From: an archaeon GW2011_AR10
GTDB taxonomy: Archaea; Iainarchaeota; Iainarchaeia; Iainarchaeales; GW2011-AR10
Assembly: GCA_000830275.1 (NCBI GenBank)
Contig: CP010424.1
Coordinates: 1,020,001-1,052,000, forward strand
Length of the DNA stretch: 32,000 bases
Direction of reading: 5' to 3'
A program made the translations under genes and the position numbers. Each line of letters opens with the position of its first letter. Positions within the stretch are counted from its first letter, which is position 1. Under the pieces are notes generated by a model. It made no database searches. It was given only the letters and a program-made list of their open reading frames with translations, and was not told the origin of the DNA. Shown piece by piece: positions 23,940 through 31,308 of the stretch.

Positions 23940-24432
23940 GCCCCCACCACTTGAAGAGTGCCCTGAATGAAGGAGTAACCTTGTTTTCTTTAACCAGCTC
24001 TCGCACATCGTAAAGCCCGAAAAATTGCCCTTCAGCCATTTTTTCTGTGTGTATCTTTATTCTGCCGTCATGCACGACAGTGAACAGAGTAATCAATTCC
24101 CTGTTGCGTCCGTCCCCAAAATCCGTTTTACCGAACTTTATCGGAAGCAAACCAGCAGAAAAACTGAGGTTTAACTCCTCTTTCAGGCCGCGCAGTGCAG
24201 CTTCCTCATAGCTTTCATTCAATTCCACTTGCTTCCCTACACTAGACTCCCACAAATTAGGGTAAAGGGGCTTGTCAGGCAACCGCTTCTGGAGGAAAAG
24301 CTTTGCCTCCCGGTTGAAAACCCACACGTGCACCGCGCGGTGAAGCGCCCCCATCTCATGCACCTCGCTTCTCGGCGCTGTTCCAACAACCCGGTCCGTC
24401 CTGTCCACCACTTCAACCAGTTTTCCATCCAT
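23926..24432 (-). CDS. Nudix-fold protein related to type 1 IPP isomerase (IDI-like)
   Basis: 168 aa. LHRAVHVWVFNREAKLFLQKRLPDKPLYPNLWESSVG resembles the IDI-1 / Nudix N-terminal pattern. The Nudix box is degenerate (GKQVELNESYEEAALRGLKEELNL), and the IDI catalytic Cys context (NSCC) is replaced by ESSV. Confidence 0.65.
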   Translation of the reverse strand: MDGKLVEVVDRTDRVVGTAPRSEVHEMGALHRAVHVWVFNREAKLFLQKRLPDKPLYPNLWESSVGKQVELNESYEEAALRGLKEELNLSFSAGLLPIKFGKTDFGDGRNRELITLFTVVHDGRIKIHTEKMAEGQFFGLYDVRELVKENKVTPSFRALFKWWGREKK

Positions 24433-24548
24433 GAAAAAAATAAGTGGTTGCTTTTTTTAAAGTGAACTATTTTTTTTGTTTTTTCCGCTAATTCAGCACC
24501 GTGCCAGGCTTTTTTGATATACGACAAAATGCTTATGTATTTGAACAA

Positions 24549-24611
24549 AAACTGCATTTTGCAACTAGCAAACAGCAAATTAATGATCAAAAATCAAAGC
24601 TGTTTGCTATA
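24549..24611 (-). repeat. Copy B of the 63-nt hairpin element (inverted relative to copy A)
   Basis: Stem TAGCAAACAGC (24566-24576) / GCTGTTTGCTA (24599-24609) with a 22-nt loop, preceded by TTGCATTTTGCAA. The 26-nt core 24553-24578 is the reverse complement of 21067-21092. Confidence 0.85.
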
Positions 24612-24613
24612 CG

Positions 24614-24621
24614 TTTAAATA
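24614..24621 (+). promoter_or_regulatory. TATA-like box (TTTAAATA) immediately after repeat copy B
   Basis: TTTAAATA lies at 24614-24621, about 155 nt upstream of the micro-ORF ATG. This implies a leader of roughly 130 nt if the box is used. Confidence 0.3.
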
Positions 24622-24775
24622 CTACTTTAGTGTTTATTATTTCGTTGATGGAGGCTGGGTTCGTAAGAACCTTGATTGCCGGTTGGAATGAAAGAAAATT
24701 TGCAGGGGCTAATTCTTCTAACCCGTTTCGGCGGGCTTAGAATTCTTCACACTTTAACTTTAAAGGAGGGTTACA

Positions 24776-24850
24776 ATGGCTAAGAAAAGGTCTTCAAGCT
24801 CAAGAAGCAGCTCAAGCTCAAGAAGCAGATCAGGCTCAAGAAGTAGATAA
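24776..24850 (+). CDS. 24-codon Ser/Arg-rich micro-ORF (MAKKRSSSSRSSSSSRSRSGSRSR) with a strong Shine-Dalgarno sequence
   Basis: GGAGG lies at 24764-24768, 7 nt before ATG 24776, with TAA at 24848-24850. The body is three 18-nt tandem repeats (24794-24847). Two hairpin terminators follow. Whether it is translated is untested. Confidence 0.4.
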   Translation: MAKKRSSSSRSSSSSRSRSGSRSR

Positions 24851-24885
24851 ATTTGCTGTTAAAGCAAATGTTCTTTTTTAATACC

Positions 24886-24912
24886 GCGGGCTTTGCCCGC
24901 CCTATTTTTTTT
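24886..24912 (+). terminator. GC hairpin plus T8 run downstream of the micro-ORF
   Basis: GCGGGC-TTTG-CCCGC (24886-24900) is followed by CCTA and TTTTTTTT (24905-24912). A second stem, ATTTGCT/AGCAAAT (24851-24869), is followed by a T-rich stretch. Confidence 0.5.
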
Positions 24913-25000
24913 GGAATTATTTATTGCGCGACAAAAAAGAACCTAATAACAACACCCGCTTAATTTTATAAAAAAAGAAACAAATGATTTAATTTGCGAA

Positions 25001-25822
25001 TCAGTTTTTTGCTTTATCCCATAAAAACTGAAAATATTTCTCATAAGATTCTGCCAATTCTTTATTGTGAACAAGTATTCCTATGGGCTTCTCAACCCAA
25101 AGAAGAATCCCTATCTGGTCATTTCTTATAATTGTTTCTGATAATGGTTCAAAACCTTTAGCGTAGAATTTAATTTCAGCATGGGGGTAATGGCCAGTTG
25201 CTCTAACTTTCTTTGTCCACTCCCTTAATGATTCATTAAACAAAAGCTTGGCTTTGATTTTCTTCCTTGCCCTTTTTTGATGGTAGTCAATCCAAAATGC
25301 ATCACCCATCATTACAGATTCAAGAGGCGAACCAATGGTGTGGTGTTCTTTGCCTCCTGCTTCCAGCAACTCAAAAAGAATTTCCCGAATCCCGCGAATC
25401 CCTCTAAACATCATAACCTCTGGTTTTTCTTTAGACAATCCTTGCTTAGCCAAAAGCTCAGGAAGAATTTTTTCAAATCTTTCTTTTTTCTGGTCAATAT
25501 AATCTAGGATGTGCTTTGGGTTTGTGGGCTGGTAATTATTTCTCTTTCCTTCTTTCAAGTAGGTCACAAGGCCTTTGTCAATCAATTTGTTCAGAGTCAT
25601 ATGCACAACAGAATTATGCAGATTTGTCTTATCCAGAATCGGGCCAGCAGTTGAAGAGCCTAATTCTAGCAAGGCTATATAGACCTTTATTTCAGCATTA
25701 GTCAAACCAATATCTTCCAGTATCTGGGGGTCCATATTATTATAGCTGCTCTCAACCCTATTAAACCTTTCTATTATCCTCCTTTTTTGGAGAATAACTG
25801 AATAAATACCACTTCTACTCAT
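25001..25822 (-). CDS. TrmB-family transcriptional regulator
   Basis: ILEDIGLTNAEIKVYIALLELGSSTAGPILDKTNLHNSVVHMTLNKLIDKGLVTYLKEGKRNNYQPTNP is a canonical TrmB wHTH, followed by a coiled-coil and a C-terminal effector-like domain. An alternative start is ATG 25735 (MDPQILEDIG). Confidence 0.8.
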   Translation of the reverse strand: MSRSGIYSVILQKRRIIERFNRVESSYNNMDPQILEDIGLTNAEIKVYIALLELGSSTAGPILDKTNLHNSVVHMTLNKLIDKGLVTYLKEGKRNNYQPTNPKHILDYIDQKKERFEKILPELLAKQGLSKEKPEVMMFRGIRGIREILFELLEAGGKEHHTIGSPLESVMMGDAFWIDYHQKRARKKIKAKLLFNESLREWTKKVRATGHYPHAEIKFYAKGFEPLSETIIRNDQIGILLWVEKPIGILVHNKELAESYEKYFQFLWDKAKN

Positions 25823-25887
25823 TATACTTATTACAAAGAAATTTATTGCAAAGAAACCTCCTTACAAAAACCTCAAAGTGACTTCCA

Positions 25888-26247
25888 ATGCTTGTAAACG
25901 TCCTTGCTCATATCCTGGCATTAGATTTTGCTTATTTCATTCCATTTGTTATGAACAACCTGTTCTGGATTTTTGTTCTAGCGGCAATTGGGGTTTTCAT
26001 TTATGGAAAAAACCCGATAGTTGGGGCAGTATTTGTAGCAATTTACTTATACGCTACCTTTGATTTTGTCGCATTGTTCGGTTGGGTTTTCAGAAAAGGT
26101 TTTTTTTGGGCACCAATGCTAGTTTTCCTTTGCTTAATAGTGTTTGATAATTTCTTCCAGAATATAAAGTGGCTTTCTCCCAGAAGAGCAGCTTTCGCTG
26201 GAACCATATTTTACTTATCATTAGTTTTCATTAACGTTGTGCTGTGA
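25888..26247 (+). CDS. Small hypothetical membrane protein (about 4 TM helices)
   Basis: 119 aa and strongly hydrophobic with helix-length segments. Divergent from the TrmB gene. No family recognised. Confidence 0.5.
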   Translation: MLVNVLAHILALDFAYFIPFVMNNLFWIFVLAAIGVFIYGKNPIVGAVFVAIYLYATFDFVALFGWVFRKGFFWAPMLVFLCLIVFDNFFQNIKWLSPRRAAFAGTIFYLSLVFINVVL

Positions 26248-26432
26248 TAAAAATGGTGTTCTTCAAAAGCTTCCTCCACGCAGTTTTGATTTCAATTGCA
26301 ATCCTCTTTGGCAGCGCTCTGCTGTTCGGCTTCCAGTCAGTTTCCTTCATTGCCTCAATAGCATACTCGCCAGTGGGCTTCATAATTATACTCTTAACCT
26401 TCTTTCTGGAATTAGTTGGAATTAGGTGGTAA
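26244..26432 (+). CDS. Small hypothetical membrane protein (2 TM helices)
   Basis: 62-aa track ORF overlapping the previous stop. The likely ATG is at 26253 (MVFFKSFLHAVLISIAILFGSALLFG...). No family recognised. Confidence 0.4.
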   Translation: MIKMVFFKSFLHAVLISIAILFGSALLFGFQSVSFIASIAYSPVGFIIILLTFFLELVGIRW

Positions 26433-26444
26433 ATACATGTTCTT

Positions 26445-26565
26445 GGAAACCCATGAAGGCCGAGCCAGTGCCATGCAACGCATTCGCATCTTGCCGGCTG
26501 AGGCAGTACTACAGTCCCACTGAAAGTGGGACACGTACAAGGTGCCGGCTGACTTTTCAGCCGAA
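26445..26565 (-). ncRNA. GC-rich structured region directly 3' of tRNA-Gly; candidate non-coding RNA or structured trailer, class unknown
   Basis: Extended hairpin at 26502-26546: GGCA/TGCC, GTAC/GTAC and GTCCCAC/GTGGGAC stems with a 5-nt loop. A second hairpin GGCTGA-CTTT-TCAGCC lies at 26547-26562. GCCGGCTGA is a direct repeat at 26493-26501 and 26544-26552. The region is visibly more GC-rich than neighbouring DNA. The strand is not established. Confidence 0.3.
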
Positions 26566-26636
26566 TGCAGCCGCGGGGATTCGAACCCCGGCTGAGACCT
26601 TGGAAGGGTCTAATGCTACCACTACACCACGGCTGC
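26566..26636 (-). tRNA. tRNA-Gly (anticodon UCC)
   Basis: Minus-strand read: GCAGCCG-UG-GUGU-AGUGGUA-GCAU-U-AGACC-CUUCCAA-GGUCU-CAGC-CGGGG-UUCGAAU-CCCCG-CGGCUGC-A. It forms a full cloverleaf with a 4-nt variable loop, a canonical T-loop and no encoded CCA. Confidence 0.9.
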
Positions 26637-26662
26637 CTTCACTACAATTCTGCCTTAATTTG

Positions 26663-26670
26663 TTTAAAAA
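26663..26670 (-). promoter_or_regulatory. TATA-like box for tRNA-Gly
   Basis: The minus strand reads TTTTTAAA, 27-34 nt upstream of the tRNA 5' end (26636). Confidence 0.4.
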
Positions 26671-26679
26671 AGTTAATGG

Positions 26680-26687
26680 TTTAAATA
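26680..26687 (+). promoter_or_regulatory. TATA-like box for tmk (leaderless spacing)
   Basis: TTTAAATA lies 22-29 nt upstream of ATG 26709. Confidence 0.4.
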
Positions 26688-26708
26688 GAACCTTGTTGTT
26701 TATTTTTT

Positions 26709-27335
26709 ATGGTTGGCCCTGCTTTCATTGTCTTTGAGGGAATTGACGGCGCGGGAAAAACCCTTATGTTGAAGCTTTCAAAAGAGTTTTTGCTGGAAAA
26801 GGGGGTGCCAGCAAAAAAAATTCTTTTAACAGCGGAACCAACTTCCAGTTCCTATGGGAAAAAACTCCGCAGTCTTTTATCAGAAGAGCAGGACCCAAAA
26901 GCAAACGCCAGGGTTTTTCTTGAGCTTTACCTGAAAGACAGGAAAGAGCACTTGAGTGAGGAAATCCTCCCTGCCTTGGATAAAGGAAAAATTGTTTTAT
27001 GCGACCGCTTCAAGTACTCCACTATTGTTTACCAGGGGGTGCAGGGCATTCCGGTTATGGAACTTATTGCAGCTCACCGTGGAATGAGGGTGCCTGATGC
27101 AGTCTTCATTTTTGACTTGCCGGAAGAAGTAGCGTTAAGAAGAATAAACAATTCTAAAAGCAGGTCAATTGAAAAATTCGAGAAAAAAGAATTTTTGCTG
27201 AAAGTAAGGCGCGGCTTCCTTGAACTGCGGAAGATTTTGCCTGAGGAAAACATTAAGGTATTCAATGCTGACAAACCAAAGGAAAAAGTGTTTGAGGAAG
27301 TGAAAGCAGAGCTTTCAAAGCTGCTCGGCTTCTGA
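26709..27335 (+). CDS. tmk: Thymidylate (dTMP) kinase
   Basis: 208 aa. P-loop FIVFEGIDGAGKT, the DRF/DRY-type motif LCDRFKYST and a LID-region arginine cluster. Confidence 0.85.
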   Translation: MVGPAFIVFEGIDGAGKTLMLKLSKEFLLEKGVPAKKILLTAEPTSSSYGKKLRSLLSEEQDPKANARVFLELYLKDRKEHLSEEILPALDKGKIVLCDRFKYSTIVYQGVQGIPVMELIAAHRGMRVPDAVFIFDLPEEVALRRINNSKSRSIEKFEKKEFLLKVRRGFLELRKILPEENIKVFNADKPKEKVFEEVKAELSKLLGF

Positions 27336-27336
27336 G

Positions 27337-29052
27337 CTAAAGGCGTTTTGCCAGAAAAATGAACACTCCTGCAATAACTGCAATGAATGCCACTCCAACA
27401 ATTCCTGCAATAACCAAATAGTTTTCTAATTCTGCGCTTCCACCATTGCTGCCGGAAACTTCAATGCCAACTGGCTTCTCGCTTATTTCCACTTCCCCTG
27501 GTTTTTCTTCTGGCACAACTATTTCAAACTCTCTCAGTTCCGGGGCCTCAATTGAAAGCAGGAATTTTTCCGGCTTAACCCCTTGCACTTCCAGCACAAC
27601 AGTTTTTGTTTGCCCTGCTTCAACGCTGACAGTTTCGCTTGCAAGCTGCCTGCTCTTTAATGAAAGCCTCAGTGCAGCGCTTCCATCTTTTCCCCCGCTG
27701 TTCTTCAGTTTCACTTCAATTGATAGGGTTCCTTCCTTGATGAACGGGCTAACGTCAAGGATTGAAACTCTGCTTTTCTCTTCCATTTCGGTTTCTTCCG
27801 GAAAAACCTCAACGCTGAACGAAATGTTCTTGTCGGGAGTCAAAAAAATCATTCCGTATTTGGTGAAGTACCCTTCCCTGCCTTCTGCCGGGGTTACGGC
27901 TTTCCATGAAATGGTTTTTTCCTCTAACGGCTTGAACCACTCAAGCCTTGACTGGTTTTCCGCCTGAATGTCCTGGTGGAATAACAGTTCTACAGGAATT
28001 ATTATGTTTGCTGCTTTCCTGTTTTTGACCACTGCCTTTACCTCAAACTCTTCATTCAATCCAACCCTTTCAGGTTTAATTATTTCTACTTCCACCAAGT
28101 CCTCAAAGAACTTTATGCCGTTTACTTCAACCTCCGGGTTGTGCAGGGTGCTTTCAACGGTTATTGGCTGCCTGCTCACAGTTGTTGTCTGCAGGTTTAC
28201 TGATTGGTTTGCGTCCAGTGTTTTTGCAAGCGTGAAGTGTGCTGCATCAAGGTAGCCGGCCTCTCCATAGGTTGAGTCAACCCCAATCCAGCCGCTGTTT
28301 CCAAGAATTACTTCAAGCCAGCCGTGGTTTCCAAACAGTTTCCCGTCAAAGCTAACGCCTGAAACATACCTTGTGGGAATGCCCTTGATTCTGGTAAAAG
28401 CAGCTGTAAGATTGGCAAACTCGTCGCATACTCCTCTTCGCGAATTGTAGGTGCTTTTAGCGCTCCAAGTGCCATTGTAGTAGTTTTCAAAATCGTAAAC
28501 AATGTTTTGGTTAACCCATTCAGCGATCTCCCTTATTGATTCAAGCTCCGAATCACTTTCAAACTCCAGCCTTGTCTTGCTTTCAAGTTCCTTGTCATTA
28601 ACCTCAATGTAGTCTGTTTCCTGTAGGAAAGACTGCATTCCCTCAAAACCAGAGCTTATGTTAAAGTCTTCCCCTAGTTCAACGCTTGAGCGAGTCTTAA
28701 GCCTTGCCCGCACCTCAATTTTAAATGTAGGAGTGCCTGCAAACTCTTGCAAGTCATTCACTTTGAATACCGCGAACTTGTTTGGGCCTTCAACCTCATG
28801 GGTTGCTTCAATCACTTCTGTGCCAATCAACAGTTTTTCATTTATCCATATAACTTCCTGCGTTTCAGTGTCGTTCAAAGTCAAAAATTTTAATTCAAGA
28901 GTGTCACCGCTGCTTATTTCCCCTGAAAAGCTGCCTTCAGCGCTCAGCAGAACGTTGACATCCATTTCCTTTACAGAGGATGGCCTGAACTCGAGTGCGC
29001 TTGCCTGAACAAGCAGAAAACTGAAGGCAAGTGCTGCAAAGAATTTTTTCAT
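27337..29052 (-). CDS. Secreted, C-terminally anchored transglutaminase-like cysteine protease-fold protein with Ig-like (CARDB-type) domains
   Basis: 571 aa. Signal peptide MKKFFAALAFSFLLVQASA. Transglutaminase core triad contexts RRGVCDEFANL (Cys), GNHGWLEV (His) and GVDSTYGE (Asp). Beta-rich domains follow, with a C-terminal TM helix LVIAGIVGVAFIAVIAGVFIFL. Confidence 0.8.
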   Translation of the reverse strand: MKKFFAALAFSFLLVQASALEFRPSSVKEMDVNVLLSAEGSFSGEISSGDTLELKFLTLNDTETQEVIWINEKLLIGTEVIEATHEVEGPNKFAVFKVNDLQEFAGTPTFKIEVRARLKTRSSVELGEDFNISSGFEGMQSFLQETDYIEVNDKELESKTRLEFESDSELESIREIAEWVNQNIVYDFENYYNGTWSAKSTYNSRRGVCDEFANLTAAFTRIKGIPTRYVSGVSFDGKLFGNHGWLEVILGNSGWIGVDSTYGEAGYLDAAHFTLAKTLDANQSVNLQTTTVSRQPITVESTLHNPEVEVNGIKFFEDLVEVEIIKPERVGLNEEFEVKAVVKNRKAANIIIPVELLFHQDIQAENQSRLEWFKPLEEKTISWKAVTPAEGREGYFTKYGMIFLTPDKNISFSVEVFPEETEMEEKSRVSILDVSPFIKEGTLSIEVKLKNSGGKDGSAALRLSLKSRQLASETVSVEAGQTKTVVLEVQGVKPEKFLLSIEAPELREFEIVVPEEKPGEVEISEKPVGIEVSGSNGGSAELENYLVIAGIVGVAFIAVIAGVFIFLAKRL

Positions 29053-29074
29053 TTAATAGGAATATCCGCCACAA

Positions 29075-31186
29075 CTATTTAATTTTAACTTTTTTTGGCA
29101 GGCCCCCGCTGGTGTAAATTCCTAACGCCAGCAGCACCAAGTGCTCCACAATAATGGCAACTACTGTAATTGTTGGGTCAGTGAATGCGTTGAACACCAA
29201 GGGAAGTACTCCTGCAACCCAAGCAACAGCAAGCTTTTTGGCAGTGTGCAGTGGCCAGAGCCTTTCTCCGACAATGTAGGTTATTCCAACCAAGGAAAAG
29301 AACGAGAACACTATTATGAGGACATACGCAAAGTCCATTGAAGCGTTTTCTCCGAACACTTCTTCAATAAGCTGTGTTTCAACCGGAATAATCGGGGTTA
29401 CTTTTGGCCTTGCAAAGAACTCATCCTCTTTTTGCAATGACTGATTGTAAACCCTGAAAACAGTGTTACCTGGTTCTTCCACAATGAATTCAATCGGCTG
29501 GCCCTCCCTTACCTCAACAGTGAGAATGTTTCCGCTCGGCGGGATTATTTCAGCTGCAAACCCGAAAAGCTCTCTAAGGGTTGGATGCAACACCAGGATT
29601 CTCTGCACGTCTCCAACTGATAGGAGCCTGTCAAAGCTCAAGTACACTAGGTTGCTGGTCTGGTCAATTGGATTTGTTGAATCCTGCACTTCCTGGAAAT
29701 CAGAAATCAAGTCAAAGTCCGAGTCAATCAAATTTGTATTGGTTCCAAGACGAATTTCCTCTTCATCTGTTAAGCCATCGCCATCAGAGTCAAGCAAGCC
29801 AGTGCCGGTTTCCACCTGCTGGCATTCAGCGCCCTCAACGCATGCTCCCTGAACGCACACAAGGCAGCCAGTGCATTGCCCAGTATCTTTCCTGAAATCG
29901 TTGCAGTCCTTGTCCCTTGTAATGCAGTCTCCGTCCTGGTCAGCTAATGTCTTGCGGCAAAAGCTTCCATCACCGCTGCCGCCTCCTCCGCCGCCCCCAC
30001 CGCCTCCGCCCCCGCCACCATCACCGCCACTGCCAGAGCCGCAGTCTGCAGAGCAGTTGTCCTGGTTTTCGCCTGCATCACAGGAGCCGTTGCCGCAGGT
30101 TGGAAGGGGTTCGCTTACCACGATTAAGCCAGTAAGGCTTGGGTTAGTGGAAGAAAAGTACTGGAACGTGCCAGTGGAATTGAATATTCTGCTGAAAGCT
30201 GAATTAGGCGCAATAATGCCACTATCCCATTTGCCGTCAGGGTTAGGGGAAGTACCGGAAGTAGAGCTTTGGTTCACTGTGTCAAGGTTAATCCAAGTGA
30301 CAGTTCTTCCAACAGCAATTGAGGCATTTGAAGGGGAAAACCCAGAACCATTAATGAAAATGTGCGTAGAGTCCTCCACACAGTTATTGATTGGCGCATT
30401 AGAGCATGAAGCGCTGCAAGTGCTCGGCGCATTGCATTGGTCAATTGTGCATGTAACTGAATCAGGGCAGTCAGAATTTAGGATGCATGGGTTTGTTACA
30501 ATTCCGGAACAGCAGAAGCCAGATGAAACTGGTTGGGTTCCGCAGAGGCAGGGTTCGCTTACCGGCCCACTAGGGCAAGAATCAAGCACAACATTGCTGC
30601 ACTGCGCACTGCACGTTCCAGCGTTAACGCAAATATCTGTTGTAAGGGAATTGGAGTCATTGCAGCCAGCATCGTTAAAGCATGCAATAGGCGAACCGCA
30701 GCTGCTTACATTAGCTGAAGGCAAGGTAACTGTTACGGAAACATTTTGTGCATTGGAATTGCTTACAAGACCATTGTAAAGGTTCAGGTCGCTAACCCCC
30801 TGCCCTATCACATTCAGCTTAACCGTTGCAAGTGCCCCATTAGCAGGATTAATTTCCCCTGCAATTGTTCTAGTGCAAGCAACTTTCCCTACGTGGCCTG
30901 GTGCAAAAGTCCAGTCAGATGAGTCAGTGCAGAACTGTTCGCTTGGAGAGGAAAGGTTTCCTAAAAGTTTAGTGAAAGTGATGCTGTTGTAGGAGAGAAT
31001 GCTGCTCTTGAAGTTTAGGTCAAACTGGTAGCCGTAAAGGTTGTTTACGTTTGCAGCAACAACATTTACATCAACCGTTTGCCCTACTGTTAATTGCTGG
31101 CTTGAAACAACCGCATTGATGTTGCCTGCGCCAAAAACACTGCTAGCAAACAGCAGAACAAAAAAAACAATAACTGGTTTCTTCAA
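29075..31186 (-). CDS. Large multidomain surface protein: cohesin-like, Cys-rich modules, cupredoxin-like domain lacking Cu ligands, poly-Gly linker, TSP3/dockerin-like Ca-binding repeats, and a C-terminal triple-TM anchor
   Basis: 703 aa with a TTG start. Signal peptide present. Cohesin-like segment at aa ~22-157 (LYGYQFDLNFKSSILSYNS). Repeated C..D..C.D....T.D.C.N.(G/S)TC.A.C.N modules. Cupredoxin-like aa ~275-358 (AVGRTVTWINLD...GTFQYFSS) without the His/Cys/Met ligand set. CGNGSCDAGENQDNCSADCG motif. A run of 14 Gly (nt 29978-30019). DSDGDGLTDEEE and DSDFDLISD acidic loops. Three hydrophobic helices at the C-terminus. Confidence 0.75.
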   Translation of the reverse strand: MKKPVIVFFVLLFASSVFGAGNINAVVSSQQLTVGQTVDVNVVAANVNNLYGYQFDLNFKSSILSYNSITFTKLLGNLSSPSEQFCTDSSDWTFAPGHVGKVACTRTIAGEINPANGALATVKLNVIGQGVSDLNLYNGLVSNSNAQNVSVTVTLPSANVSSCGSPIACFNDAGCNDSNSLTTDICVNAGTCSAQCSNVVLDSCPSGPVSEPCLCGTQPVSSGFCCSGIVTNPCILNSDCPDSVTCTIDQCNAPSTCSASCSNAPINNCVEDSTHIFINGSGFSPSNASIAVGRTVTWINLDTVNQSSTSGTSPNPDGKWDSGIIAPNSAFSRIFNSTGTFQYFSSTNPSLTGLIVVSEPLPTCGNGSCDAGENQDNCSADCGSGSGGDGGGGGGGGGGGGGGSGDGSFCRKTLADQDGDCITRDKDCNDFRKDTGQCTGCLVCVQGACVEGAECQQVETGTGLLDSDGDGLTDEEEIRLGTNTNLIDSDFDLISDFQEVQDSTNPIDQTSNLVYLSFDRLLSVGDVQRILVLHPTLRELFGFAAEIIPPSGNILTVEVREGQPIEFIVEEPGNTVFRVYNQSLQKEDEFFARPKVTPIIPVETQLIEEVFGENASMDFAYVLIIVFSFFSLVGITYIVGERLWPLHTAKKLAVAWVAGVLPLVFNAFTDPTITVVAIIVEHLVLLALGIYTSGGLPKKVKIK

Positions 31187-31308
31187 TAAATCCCCTGTAT
31201 TCTAATGCCCTTTTTCATATATTAACTTTTTGAGGCAATTTTTTTGTTCCAGCTTGTCCAGCAATTCTTTTTTAAGCGTACTCTGCCAAGAATTCTTAGC
31301 GGCTTAAT

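Noticed and set aside
24501-24740. 79-aa plus-strand ORF in the Nudix/TrmB intergenic region
   Set aside because: It spans repeat copy B, the TATA-like box and the structured leader. It has no SD or promoter spacing of its own and an implausible composition.
24433-26565. Possible integrated element using tRNA-Gly as its attachment site
   Set aside because: No integrase or recombinase is present. The only repeat of the tRNA 3' end I could find in the block is a 7-nt CCGCGGG match inside a terminator hairpin, which is not significant.
26426-26737. 103-aa plus-strand ORF
   Set aside because: It reads straight through tRNA-Gly and the structured GC-rich segment and into the tmk start. It is an artefact of GC-rich, stop-poor RNA-coding sequence.
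29978-30019. Poly-Gly tract as a slipped-strand phase-variation switch
   Set aside because: The 14 Gly codons are a mixture of GGC/GGA/GGG/GGT rather than a homopolymer or perfect short repeat, and any slippage in units of 3 nt would stay in frame. It is more likely a flexible linker.
29871-30779. 302-aa plus-strand ORF containing a PPPPPPPPPPPP run
   Set aside because: It lies antisense to the well-supported 703-aa surface-protein gene. The poly-Pro is the reverse complement of that gene's poly-Gly (GGN) tract. It has no start context and no domain-like sequence.
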